This document shows positions 41,501 through 50,658 of a DNA stretch of 64,000 nt, piece by piece. Location: the NCBI GenBank assembly GCA_027622665.1, contig JAQBYT010000010.1:56768-120767 (forward strand). Reading direction: 5' to 3'. A program made the translations under genes and the position numbers. The DNA comes from Verrucomicrobiota bacterium (GTDB lineage: Bacteria > Verrucomicrobiota > Verrucomicrobiia > Opitutales > Seribacteraceae). Under the pieces are notes generated by a model. That model made no database searches, was not told where the DNA came from, and was given only the letters and a program-made list of their open reading frames with translations. The stretch's first letter is position 1, and the number at the start of each line of letters is the position of its first letter.

Positions 41501-41645
41501 TGGATTTTTGGTTTTTAGCGGCCGGACCATGACACTTGAAACACTTGTCGGACAGGATCGGTCGTATCTGCTGATTAAAGTCAATTTCCGCAAGGAGCGG
41601 AACAGGACCAAAAATAAAAATGCAAGCGGCATATCGGATAGTCAT
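38559..41645 (-). CDS. PSCyt1 + DUF1549 + LamG-like + DUF1553 protein (cassette D)
   Basis: GGAGG RBS upstream of ATG 41645; [17 protein letters not shown]. Insert FSLALWV...WTHLAVTYDGS...LFENG...GSVDELYVYDRKLT is a LamG/concanavalin-like jellyroll. Confidence 0.92.
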   Translation of the reverse strand: MTIRYAACIFIFGPVPLLAEIDFNQQIRPILSDKCFKCHGPAAKNQKSKLRLDSFENAVKSHGGVVALVPGKLEDSELHWRIRSDESDEVMPPLKAKLPLSPKEKDLLDQWILEGGKYQKHWSFEPLPASVPVPRSDSSDPRNEIDHFIAHELKNSGLHPSDEANRETLLRRVTFDLTGLPPTLDELDDFLADKEANAYEKAVDRLLDSDAYAERMTAEWLDVARYADTYGYQVDRNRYVWPWRDWVIKAFRENLSYDQFVTEQIAGDLLPHATRDQILATCFNRLHSQKVEGGSVPEEFRIEYVADRVHTVGTAFLGLTFECSRCHDHKYDPITQKDYYSLSAFFNNVDESGLYSYFTGSVPTPTLELGDLPSDEGIRQAQEQLRKVENSDEANDAFAKWDGNQSGEVLELSGPVAHLSFDEFKGGKLSNSVDPKKPASSSANNKLVEGKMHQAMKLTGDDPVNLPKGVGDFNRHQPFSLALWVNPSQLLDRGVVARRSKAWTDAASRGYELLLEEGKPSFALVHFWPGNAVRIRSKKVVPLDKWTHLAVTYDGSSMAKGMELFENGVLLESEVIRDHLTREITGGGDPFLALGQRMRDRGFKNGSVDELYVYDRKLTGSEVRSLAQFDSEATKEDLFEIFLQSAYEPYLKQAIQLRKEREAFGEARQRIPEIMVMREMPGNRETHILNRGLYSDRKEVVTAETPGFLPSVDKSNPSNRLGLARWLTSPNHPLLARVTINRYWQMIFGRGLVSTSEDFGSQGKPPTHPELLDWLARDFIDSGWDLRHLFRQMVLSSTYRQGSELTRTDRDLDPENLLLSRGPAYRLPAEMVRDSALAVSGLLHRKKGGPGVKPYDLKVSFKVINPDRAPNVYCRSVYTFWKRTAPAPVMMTFDSSKRDVCMVRRERTDSPSQTLVLLNGPQFVEAARVTAHKLVDKFGKQKDDKLVAHAFRLLTSRKPEKQELKILYQLLAEQKVVFSDLSKAKEFFTHRPQLTGEFKTKTDDPTHLAAVTMLISALMNFDASISKR

Positions 41646-41713
41646 TTTCAAACCTCCTAAATAGGCTGGCAGCGCATGAAGCCAAATGTAATTTGAACCG
41701 GGCAGGAAAGTTT

Positions 41714-43186
41714 TTACGACAGAATGGGTTTCACGACGTGTCCGTGTACGTCGGTGAGTCGGTAGTCTCTGCCTTGGAACTTATAGGTGAGCTTCTTGTG
41801 GTCAACTCCGAGCAGGTGCATAATGGTGGCATTCAAGTCGTGAACATGCACGGGATCTTGCGTGATATTATAGCAGTAATCATCCGTTTCTCCCAGCGAG
41901 AATCCTTTCTTGATCCCAGCTCCAGCCAGGAAGACGGTAAAGCATCGAGGGTGGTGGTCCCGCCCGTAATTAGTCGCCGTGAGCTTGCCTTGCGAATAAA
42001 CTGTTCTTCCGAACTCTCCGCCCCAGACGATCAAGGTGTCCTCCAGCAAGCCACGCTGACGCAGGTCGGCGATCAAGGCAGCAGTCGGTTGGTCCGTGTC
42101 GCGGCACTGCCCCTTCACCGCATTCGGCAGTCCCCCGTGATGGTCCCAGCCCATGTGGAAAAGCTGGATGCAGCGGACGTCGCGCTCCGCCATGCGCCGG
42201 GCAAGCAAGCAGTTCGCCGCATACGTTCCGGGTTTGAGCACGTCCGGGCCATAGCTCTCCAAGATATGCTTGGGTTCCTTGGAAACGTCGGTCAGCTCGG
42301 GCACGCTTGACTGCATGCGGAAAGCCAACTCGTACTGGGAAATTCGGGCATCGATCTCGGGGTCGCCAACCAGTTGATGATTCTTGCGATTGAGAAGGGC
42401 AATCTCGTCCAGCATCCCGCGCTTCATCTTGCGATCGATTCCCTTTGGATCGGAAAGATAAAGGACGGGGTCACCCGAGTTCCTGAACTTTACCCCCTGA
42501 TGCTGTGTGGAAAGGAAGCCCGCTCCCCAAAGGCGATCGTACAAAGGCTGGTCGTCGGGACGACCCGTTCCAAAAGATGTCAGCACGACGTAAGCGGGCA
42601 GGTCCTTGTTCTCGGTGCCCAAGCCGTAACTTAACCAGGACCCAATGCTCGGACGACCGGCCAATTGGTGCCCGGTCTGGCAAAAAGTGATCGCCGGGTC
42701 ATGATTGATCGCCTCGGTGTGCATCGACTTGATGAAGCACAATTCATCCGCCTCTTTCGACAAGTGGGGGAGCACGTCGCTCATCCAATGACCCGAATTC
42801 CCCTGCCGTGCGAACTTGAAGATGCTGGGCGCTATGGGAAAGCTCTTTTGCCCCGAGGTCATGGTGGTCAGGCGTTGGCCTTTCCGAATGCTGTCGGGCA
42901 AATCCTTCCCCCGCTGTTTTTCCATGAGAGGCTTTGGATCGAACAAGTCCATTTGGGAAGGCGCTCCAGACTGGAACAGATAAATGACACGCTTGGCCTT
43001 GGCCGGGAAATTCGGGAATCCGTTGCCGGTCGTCTTTGCTTCACTGGACAGCGAGGGAAGCAAGCCGGCAAGGGCGGTGGCGCTCAATGCGGCGGCCCCG
43101 TTGCGGAGAAAGATCCGCCTATTCAGGAAGTCTTGAGTGGCTCCCAGGTTCGGTTTGTTCGTGAGAATGTTTTGGAATTCATTCAT
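41714..43186 (-). CDS. DUF1501 protein (cassette E), Tat signal
   Basis: NRRIFL, FQSGAPSQMDLFDPKP, HTEAINHDPA, GWDHH, GGEFGRT and GRDHHP. Confidence 0.92.
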   Translation of the reverse strand: MNEFQNILTNKPNLGATQDFLNRRIFLRNGAAALSATALAGLLPSLSSEAKTTGNGFPNFPAKAKRVIYLFQSGAPSQMDLFDPKPLMEKQRGKDLPDSIRKGQRLTTMTSGQKSFPIAPSIFKFARQGNSGHWMSDVLPHLSKEADELCFIKSMHTEAINHDPAITFCQTGHQLAGRPSIGSWLSYGLGTENKDLPAYVVLTSFGTGRPDDQPLYDRLWGAGFLSTQHQGVKFRNSGDPVLYLSDPKGIDRKMKRGMLDEIALLNRKNHQLVGDPEIDARISQYELAFRMQSSVPELTDVSKEPKHILESYGPDVLKPGTYAANCLLARRMAERDVRCIQLFHMGWDHHGGLPNAVKGQCRDTDQPTAALIADLRQRGLLEDTLIVWGGEFGRTVYSQGKLTATNYGRDHHPRCFTVFLAGAGIKKGFSLGETDDYCYNITQDPVHVHDLNATIMHLLGVDHKKLTYKFQGRDYRLTDVHGHVVKPILS

Positions 43187-43199
43187 GACAGTCTAGGCT

Positions 43200-46100
43200 T
43201 CAGTCCTTGGTTACCACACGGTCGAGATTGAGCAGGATGCTTGCGGTGGCCGAGTAAGCTGCCAGTTCACGCGCATCGAGCGAAGGATCGGGCTTCGAGG
43301 TGCCTTGCATGATGAGAGATTTCGCTGCTTCCGGTTTCTCGTTGAATTCTTTCCTTCTGCGCTCAAACCCGGATTTTAGTACAGCCAAAGTTTCCTTGTC
43401 CGGCGTCCGTGCGGTGACGAGGCGAAAGCCGGTGGTCAGGCGCGACTCCACGGTGTCGCCGCCTTCATTCATCATCCTTTGGGCCAAGGCCCGAGCGGCC
43501 TCGACGTAAGTGACTTCGTTCATCAAGGCCAATGCCTGCAGCGGCGTGTTTGTGCGGGACCGCTTGGGTGTGCAGATCTCTCGGTTGGGTGCGTCGAACA
43601 AAAGCATGGAAGGCGGAGCTGCCGTGCGCTTCCAGATGGTGTACATGCTTCTCCGGTAAAGTCCATCGCCTGTGGTGGCCTTGTAATTGCGCAAGTTGCC
43701 GTATCGATTCGTCTCGTCCCATACTCCGGTCGGCATGTAGGGGCGGGTGCTTGGCCCCCCGATTTTCGGCACGAGCAAGCCGCTGATGGCCAAGGCTTGG
43801 TCGCGCACCGTCTCCCCTTTCAAACGAAAGCGCGGACCGCGGGCCAGCAGACGGTTTTCCGGATCCTTGCGATAGAGTTCCTCGGGAGCGCTCGAGCTTT
43901 GGCGGTAAGCCTTGCTCAGCATGATGAACTTAATCATCGCCTTCATATCCCATGCTTGGGCAGGCTTTTCGGCAACCTTGGGCAATCGGGACGGTTTCGC
44001 AAATTCAACCGCCAGCCAGTCGAGAAGCTCGGGATGGACGGGCCACTCCGCCTGCGAACCGAAATTTTCCGAAGTTTTCACAATTCCAACCCCGAACAGG
44101 CGTTCCCAAATGCGGTTTACCCATACGCGGGCGGTCAAGGGATGATCACCTGAGACCAGCCAACGAGCCAACCCAAGTCGATTGAGAGGTTGGTCCGCAG
44201 CCAATGGAGGAAGGATGGCGGGCAGTTTCCTTTCCACCTTGTCAGTGGGTTGGTCGTACTCTCCTCGATTCAGGACAAAGGCATCCTTGGGAGCAGGCTT
44301 TTCCTTCATCACCATGGTACTGGGAAGCGTGTTCTTGAAATTGTCCAAAGCCTTCTTGGCTTGGGCAACCTTGGTCTGCGCTTGGGAAATTGGATTTCGG
44401 GCATTTGCCTTGAAGTATTGTTCCAGTTTCTTCCTGTTCCCCGGTTTCAAGGATCCAGGCTCCATTCGCAGCAAGGAAACGAGATTGGCCGGCAAGCCGG
44501 GTTTGCCACCGAGCGACGTTACCTTTCTCTCCGAGTAGGAAACGCGGAAGCGTCCCATGTTGTGCTGGGATAGGGCTTCATGAAAGAAACGGACCACTAG
44601 GAGACCTCCCTTTGGAAGCTTGACCTGGGAATCAGGCAGGAACATGGCCTTGATCGGTTTGCGGCGGGTCGGTCCATCCACCGCCCAGCCGGTGCCGGGG
44701 TTCCCGTTGTTGACCATGCTGATGTCCCACCCCTGCTGGGAATAGTCAGCTTCGCGACGGGTCAGCTTGACCGGCATGGGCTTGCCTTCAGTGGGTCGAA
44801 TTTCCGCTTCCACGCGTGTGAGCACGAAGTTTCCATTGCTGTACCGGCCCAAGCTCTTTTGTGGAATCCGGTCGTCGGGTAGGCAGTCGAGCAGAATCCC
44901 GGAAAACATGCCGGCCGCCAATGGAGACTCTATTTCATAAACATCATGGGTCGGGTTCTTGCCGCCGGGAAGCCACGATCCGTCCGGTTGCCTCTTGAAA
45001 GTCGCCCCGCCCTTGCTCGTCACCTTTTCATCCACCAAAGGGATCCATGCTTGCCGGGGCTTTCCGTTCGCAAAGGCCTGTCTCTCCTCGTTCATCCATT
45101 TTTCAAAGGCGGCGGCCAAGCCTGCTTTCTCGCTCGCTTGCGCTTTGGCCTGCGCTTCCTCCAGTTTCGCCTTCAGTTCCACTTCCTTTTTTTTGTGGTC
45201 TGCTCCTGCCACCTTGATGAAAGGCATCGTATTGTTGCCGTTCTTGCCATTGGCCGCCAGCACGCCGCTTTCGTCATTCGAGTTGAAGAAGGCGAAGAAT
45301 TGATAGAATTCCTTTTGTGAGATCGGGTCGTACTTATGGTCGTGGCAGCGGGCGCAGTTCATGGTCAGGGCCATCCATGTCATGCTCGTGGTCTCCACCC
45401 GGTCGATCACCGTTTCCACGAACCACTCGTCCACGATTCTGCCACCTTCCCCGTTGAGGCGATGGTTTCGATTGAACCCGGTCGCCACGATTTGGTCATC
45501 GGTCGGGTTCGGCAACATGTCGCCCGCCAATTGCTCGATAGTGAACTGATCAAAGGGAAGGTTCCGGTTGTAGGCGCCGATCAACCATTCCCTCCAGAGC
45601 CACATACTGCGGCTTCCGTCGCTCTGAAAACCATTGCTATCGGCATAACGGGCTAGATCGAGCCATTCCAACGCCATTCGCTCGCCGTAGTGCGGGGAAG
45701 ACAGCAACCGATCGAGAACCTTTTCATAGGCATCGGGAGTATTGTCTTCTGCAAAGGCATCCATTTCCTCCAGCGTGGGGGGTAATCCCGTCAGGTCCAA
45801 GCTGACTCTCCTGAGCAAGGTCTCCTTGTCCGCTTCCACCCTCATGCTCAAACCCTCGACCAGCAGGCGTTTCTTGAGGAAGGCATCGAGCGGATGCTTG
45901 GCATCGGGATACTGAGGCACGGCTGGTCGCTTCGTAGACGCAAAGGCCCAATGGCCTTGGTACTCGGCGCCTTGTTCGATCCATTTGCGCAAGATTTCCT
46001 TTTGCTCCTTCGTGATCGACTTACCACTATCGATGGGGGGCATGTGGTCGTCATCGTCGTCGGGCAGAAAGATCCTGAAGACAAGTTCACTCTTCTCCGC

Positions 46101-46358
46101 ATCCCCCTTGATCATCACCGGATCCCCCGACTTGGCCGGTTTGAATGCATCCGACTCCAAGTCCAGCCTCAGTCCGCTCTTCCTTTTCTTTTCATCCGGT
46201 CCGTGGCAATGAAAGCAGGCATTCGAGAGAATGGGGCGAACGTCGCGGTTGAACTCGAGTTTCTCCTCCGCCCGTGACGCGGTGATCGAGAAAGCCAAGA
46301 AAATGGTTATTACAAGTACTAGTTTGTCCATGAAATCTGAAATTGAATCGATCTTCAT
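43200..46358 (-). CDS. PSCyt1 + DUF1549 + DUF1553 protein (cassette E) with galactose-binding-like insert
   Basis: [26 protein letters not shown], insert FSGILLDCLPDD...GNFVLT and RTNTPLQAL. Start could be 46358 or 46331. Confidence 0.92.
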   Translation of the reverse strand: MKIDSISDFMDKLVLVITIFLAFSITASRAEEKLEFNRDVRPILSNACFHCHGPDEKKRKSGLRLDLESDAFKPAKSGDPVMIKGDAEKSELVFRIFLPDDDDDHMPPIDSGKSITKEQKEILRKWIEQGAEYQGHWAFASTKRPAVPQYPDAKHPLDAFLKKRLLVEGLSMRVEADKETLLRRVSLDLTGLPPTLEEMDAFAEDNTPDAYEKVLDRLLSSPHYGERMALEWLDLARYADSNGFQSDGSRSMWLWREWLIGAYNRNLPFDQFTIEQLAGDMLPNPTDDQIVATGFNRNHRLNGEGGRIVDEWFVETVIDRVETTSMTWMALTMNCARCHDHKYDPISQKEFYQFFAFFNSNDESGVLAANGKNGNNTMPFIKVAGADHKKKEVELKAKLEEAQAKAQASEKAGLAAAFEKWMNEERQAFANGKPRQAWIPLVDEKVTSKGGATFKRQPDGSWLPGGKNPTHDVYEIESPLAAGMFSGILLDCLPDDRIPQKSLGRYSNGNFVLTRVEAEIRPTEGKPMPVKLTRREADYSQQGWDISMVNNGNPGTGWAVDGPTRRKPIKAMFLPDSQVKLPKGGLLVVRFFHEALSQHNMGRFRVSYSERKVTSLGGKPGLPANLVSLLRMEPGSLKPGNRKKLEQYFKANARNPISQAQTKVAQAKKALDNFKNTLPSTMVMKEKPAPKDAFVLNRGEYDQPTDKVERKLPAILPPLAADQPLNRLGLARWLVSGDHPLTARVWVNRIWERLFGVGIVKTSENFGSQAEWPVHPELLDWLAVEFAKPSRLPKVAEKPAQAWDMKAMIKFIMLSKAYRQSSSAPEELYRKDPENRLLARGPRFRLKGETVRDQALAISGLLVPKIGGPSTRPYMPTGVWDETNRYGNLRNYKATTGDGLYRRSMYTIWKRTAAPPSMLLFDAPNREICTPKRSRTNTPLQALALMNEVTYVEAARALAQRMMNEGGDTVESRLTTGFRLVTARTPDKETLAVLKSGFERRRKEFNEKPEAAKSLIMQGTSKPDPSLDARELAAYSATASILLNLDRVVTKD

Positions 46359-46396
46359 CGGCAACGGAAATGAATCAGGGGATGCTCTTGCCAATC

Positions 46397-47845
46397 TTAG
46401 GCAAGGATGGGAGCGATCACCTTGCCCGCGACGTCGGTGAGGCGAAAGTCGCGGCCGCCATAGCGATAGGTGAGTTCCTTGTGGTTCAAGCCGAGCAAAT
46501 GGAGAATGGTGGCATGAAAGTCGTTCACGTGCACTTTGTCCACTGCTGCCTTGTGACCCACCTCGTCCGATTCCCCATGGGAAACACCGCCCTTTACGCC
46601 GCCGCCCGCCATCCAGGCAGTGAAGCAGTGCGGGTTATGGTCGCGCCCGGGCTTGCCGCTTTTTTGCGCCACGGGCAGACGGCCGAATTCACCCGCCCAT
46701 ACGATAAGTGTTTCGTCCAACAGGCCGCGTTGTTCCAAATCGGTCAGCAAACCGGCGATGGGTTGGTCCGTTTCCTGGGCGAATCCGGAATGGTTTCCCT
46801 TGATGTCGCTATGACCGTCCCAACTGCGCTGGTTCGCCATGCCGCCGGAGTAGATCTGAATGAAACGGGTACCGCGCTCGACCAATCGTCGGGCCATCAT
46901 GCACTGGGCAGCGAAGTGCTTCGATTTTCCTACGTTCAGGCCGTAGAGCTCTTTCAAGTGTTCGGGTTCATTGGCGAGGTCGAGGGCCTCGGGGGCCGCG
47001 GTTTGCATGCGGTAGGCCAACTCGAAGCTCTCGATGCGGGCCGCCAGTTCCTCCTCGTGCGGATTCTTCTTGAGATCCTGGCGATTGAGCTGGGCCAACA
47101 AGTCGAGCTGGCGACGTTGGCGGGAGGTGTCCTGCTCCTTCGGGCGGTGCAAGTTGTCGATGGGGTCTCCCTTCGGGCGAAAGTGGGTACCTTGGTAGAC
47201 GCTGGGCAAAAAGCCGGCTCCCCAGTTGGCAGCATGGCCCTTGGGCAGACCGCGCCCGAGAGGATCGCTCATGACCACGAAAGAGGGTAGGTCGCGACTC
47301 GATGAACCCAAGCCGTAGGTCGCCCATGCCCCGGCGCACGGGTAGCCCATGCGGGGTACGCCGCAATTCATCATGAAGAGGGCGGGACTGTGATTATTCG
47401 ACTCGGTATGCCCTGAATGGATAAAGGCCATCTTGTCGACATGTTCTCCAAGGCGAGGAAAGATCTCAGAGACCATTTTACCGCATTGACCGCGTGGAGT
47501 AAACTTGAAGGGGCTTTTCATCAATCCACCCACCGCGTTGGCGAAGAATCCGGTAAAGCGATCGAAACCCTCGAAGGTCATGCCGTCCATTTTCTCAAGG
47601 GCGGGCTTGTAGTCCCAGGTGTCAACGTGGCTAGGACCTCCGTTTACGAAGATCCAGATGACCGACTTGGCTCGGCCAGGGAAATGAGATTGCTTAGGAG
47701 CCAAGGGATTGGGAGCCCCAAGCAAACCTTCATCTTGTAGGAGACCAGTAAGGCCAAGAGCTCCGAGGCCCATTCCGCAACGGTCGAGCATTGCTCTCCG
47801 ATTCATGGGATGGGAAATTGAGTTTTTATGAAAGAAATCGCTCAT
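46397..47845 (-). CDS. DUF1501 protein (cassette F), Tat signal
   Basis: NRRAML, FVNGGPSHVDTWDYKP, HTESNNHSPA, WDGH, GEFGRLP and GRDHNP. Confidence 0.92.
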   Translation of the reverse strand: MSDFFHKNSISHPMNRRAMLDRCGMGLGALGLTGLLQDEGLLGAPNPLAPKQSHFPGRAKSVIWIFVNGGPSHVDTWDYKPALEKMDGMTFEGFDRFTGFFANAVGGLMKSPFKFTPRGQCGKMVSEIFPRLGEHVDKMAFIHSGHTESNNHSPALFMMNCGVPRMGYPCAGAWATYGLGSSSRDLPSFVVMSDPLGRGLPKGHAANWGAGFLPSVYQGTHFRPKGDPIDNLHRPKEQDTSRQRRQLDLLAQLNRQDLKKNPHEEELAARIESFELAYRMQTAAPEALDLANEPEHLKELYGLNVGKSKHFAAQCMMARRLVERGTRFIQIYSGGMANQRSWDGHSDIKGNHSGFAQETDQPIAGLLTDLEQRGLLDETLIVWAGEFGRLPVAQKSGKPGRDHNPHCFTAWMAGGGVKGGVSHGESDEVGHKAAVDKVHVNDFHATILHLLGLNHKELTYRYGGRDFRLTDVAGKVIAPILA

Positions 47846-47849
47846 GTTA

Positions 47850-50588
47850 TCATCGAAGGTAGCTGAACTCGTTTAAACCGAACAAGGTTTGAGCAAAATC
47901 AATCAAGGCGAGCCTGTGTGGGTTCGCTTGCTTGGCTTCACGATAGGAAATTTCCTGATTTTCAAGGAAAGCAATGCTGGCAACACTTTCACCGGCATCA
48001 GGTTCCCTCCCCAAGGTGGCCAAATAACCGGCATCGACGGCCTTCTCTAAGCTTTCGCCAACCTCCTTGAACAATCTTTCGGCTAAAGTGGTGGCATACC
48101 CTCTAACATTCGGACTATTCATAAACATGAGAGCCTGCGGCGCAATAGTGGTACTGATCCGTCGACCTTGGCTGACGAGGGGTTCGGGGGCGTCGAAGAG
48201 CTGCATTGTCGGGATCAACCGACTTCGCTTTATGAAGAAGTAGACGCTTCGTCTTTTGCTTCTCTCGTCGAGGGTTCCTTTTCCGTACATGGTTTTGTCT
48301 AGTTGACCGCTCACCGTGAGTAAACTGTCGCGAATCACTTCGCCTTCCAGCCTTCTTGGACTGAAGCGCCAGAGAAATTGATTGTCGATATCCTTAGCTG
48401 CCTTGGCTTCATCGTGGGCCGAACTTTGGCGCCAAGCAGCGCTGGAGAGTATCAGTTTATGCATCGGCTTGAGTCGCCAACCATTCTCGATCAAGCGGTA
48501 TGCTAGCCAATCGAGCAGCTCAGGGTGCGTGGGCGGTTCCGATTGGTAGCCGAAATCGTTCGGCGTGGCCACCAGTCCTTGGCCAAAGTGATGCTGCCAG
48601 AGACGGTTCATAATGACGCGAGCCGCCAAGTGCCCGGCTCCGTCCTTCACGTCGGTCAACCAATCGGCCAAGGCCTTTCGCTGGTGCGATGTGCGGGCGC
48701 CCTCTGGGCGCTTGGCCTGCCAATGACTGGATTTCTTGCCGTTGCGCATGAGAAGGGGAAGGAAGGACTGGCTGACCTCTTCGCCTTTCTTGTCGGGATC
48801 ACCTCGATCAAGGAAGTATATCTTCTTGTAGAAATGCGGATAGCCTCGCCCGTCGGCATGATGCTTCATCGGCTTAAAACCCTCGCTGGAGACCATCATC
48901 TTGACCTTCTTGGGACTCGGCTTCTTGCTCTCGTGGGCAGTGATCTTGGCATTCAATTCCTTCCATTTGGAATCGATGCCTCGGTAAGCGTCACGAAGGG
49001 AGGTTCGTTGCCTTTCATCAAGCCCTTCCACGCCGCCCGGTTGACTCACTGCCTTGAATAGGGCCACCATCACTTGGCTTTGGCTTTCCGCCTTGAGGGG
49101 TGGGGCCAGTTGCGAGGAGACCGAGAAGCGGGGTCGCCCTATGACGTGGCTGGTATTCACGAAGAAATCCATTTCGAATGTAAATTCGGAGCCCCCCTCG
49201 TTGTTCACAGGCTCGGCGAACTCGAACACGCAGACGTGATCCTTGCCGATTTGCCCGTCCACCGCCCAACCCGTCTTACGCTTGTCGCCATCGATAGACG
49301 AAGCAATGGAAAGAGTCGTTGTGTTTTGTTGGTGATCAGCCCGTGGGTTGACCAGCTTGACGGGCTTTCCTTTCCCTTTCTCACCCACTTTCTTCGCGAA
49401 CACGCGGATGTCGCTGAGGGCGATGTTGCCGTTTCCGGCTCGACCGGGACCGTTGCTCTTCATCGAACTGTGGGTCAACGCCTCGAGGCGAAGGGCCGTG
49501 ACCTTGGGCAGCGCCACCTTGGCCGTGACTACCCAGCGGTCGTCCGAGGGGTTCTTTCCGGAAAGCAGGAAGGATCCGTCCTCTTGGGCGGTGAAGGTTG
49601 CCCCGTCGAGGGATTTGGGCTCGGCGTCGTCCAAAGTAGCCCAAACCGAGGCATTAGTGGTTTTGCCTTCGGGGTCATTCAACCAGTTGTCGAAGCGCTT
49701 GGGCAATTCCTCCCGTTCAAACTTCTCCCGTACGGCGACAAGCGGTTCCCTTTCCTTTTCCCATTTCGCCAATCCGTCGCGGTATTGCTGTGTGTCCATG
49801 GGAGCATCGATCTCGCTCCGTATGGTGAGTCCGAAGGAGGAGGTCAGTCGATAATAGTCCTTGGTCGCGATGGGATCGAACTTATGGTCGTGGCAGCGGG
49901 CACATCCCACCGTCAGAGCGAGGAAGGCCATGCCCGTGGTGTTCGCCATGTCGTCTAGTTCGTCGTAACGGGCCGACTCAAATTCCTTTTCCGTGAGCTG
50001 GGTGGGGAATACCCCGGCTCCAAGGAAACCCGTGGCGCTCAGGGCCAGCGGGTCGTCGGGGGAGATCTCGTCACCCGCCATCTGCCAGCGCACGAATTGG
50101 TCATAGGGCATATCCTGATTGAAAGCTTTGATGACGAAATCTCGGAAATGATAGGCGTGGGGACGATCGTAATCCTGCTCAAAGCCATGGCTTTCCGCGA
50201 AGCGGGCAACGTCCAGCCAGTGCCGGGCCCAGCGCTCGCCGAAATGTTCGGAGGCGAGAAGTTCGTCGATCACGGTCTCAAATGGCTTACCTTTGCCGTC
50301 CACCAGCCCGGGCAGTCCGACGAGGTCGAAATGGAGACGTCGGTTCAATGCGTTGGCCTCGGCTTCCTTATTGGGAGCCAAGCCCTTCTCCTCAAGCTTG
50401 GACAAAATGAAGCGGTCGACGTCGTTGCGAACCCATTTCGCATCCTTCACTTGCGGAGGCTTGGGATCAGTCAATTCACGCCATGCCCAATGCTTGCCAC
50501 GCTGCTGGTCCCAATCGATGGGCTCATCGTTCGCCCATGACGTTCCGTGAAGAGCAAAGGCGATGGCAAGAAGCAAAAAATGTTTCAT
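47850..50588 (-). CDS. DUF1549 + DUF1553 protein (cassette F) lacking the N-terminal PSCyt1 heme domain; galactose-binding-like insert
   Basis: Signal peptide [19 protein letters not shown] followed almost directly by [22 protein letters not shown]; insert VTALRLEAL...[15 protein letters not shown]. Alternative start at 50597. Confidence 0.9.
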   Translation of the reverse strand: MKHFLLLAIAFALHGTSWANDEPIDWDQQRGKHWAWRELTDPKPPQVKDAKWVRNDVDRFILSKLEEKGLAPNKEAEANALNRRLHFDLVGLPGLVDGKGKPFETVIDELLASEHFGERWARHWLDVARFAESHGFEQDYDRPHAYHFRDFVIKAFNQDMPYDQFVRWQMAGDEISPDDPLALSATGFLGAGVFPTQLTEKEFESARYDELDDMANTTGMAFLALTVGCARCHDHKFDPIATKDYYRLTSSFGLTIRSEIDAPMDTQQYRDGLAKWEKEREPLVAVREKFEREELPKRFDNWLNDPEGKTTNASVWATLDDAEPKSLDGATFTAQEDGSFLLSGKNPSDDRWVVTAKVALPKVTALRLEALTHSSMKSNGPGRAGNGNIALSDIRVFAKKVGEKGKGKPVKLVNPRADHQQNTTTLSIASSIDGDKRKTGWAVDGQIGKDHVCVFEFAEPVNNEGGSEFTFEMDFFVNTSHVIGRPRFSVSSQLAPPLKAESQSQVMVALFKAVSQPGGVEGLDERQRTSLRDAYRGIDSKWKELNAKITAHESKKPSPKKVKMMVSSEGFKPMKHHADGRGYPHFYKKIYFLDRGDPDKKGEEVSQSFLPLLMRNGKKSSHWQAKRPEGARTSHQRKALADWLTDVKDGAGHLAARVIMNRLWQHHFGQGLVATPNDFGYQSEPPTHPELLDWLAYRLIENGWRLKPMHKLILSSAAWRQSSAHDEAKAAKDIDNQFLWRFSPRRLEGEVIRDSLLTVSGQLDKTMYGKGTLDERSKRRSVYFFIKRSRLIPTMQLFDAPEPLVSQGRRISTTIAPQALMFMNSPNVRGYATTLAERLFKEVGESLEKAVDAGYLATLGREPDAGESVASIAFLENQEISYREAKQANPHRLALIDFAQTLFGLNEFSYLR

Positions 50589-50658
50589 CGAATGCATGTG
50601 CAATGCCCAAAGATTAGTTTTCTAATAGGTCGGATGGCAACCCTAGCCTAAGCCAAAG

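Noticed and set aside
12353..50658. Shared promoter or recombination motif upstream of the six cassettes (integron-like array)
   Set aside because: The spacers are short and dissimilar. I found no attC-like repeat, common motif or integrase by eye; a MEME search would be the proper test.
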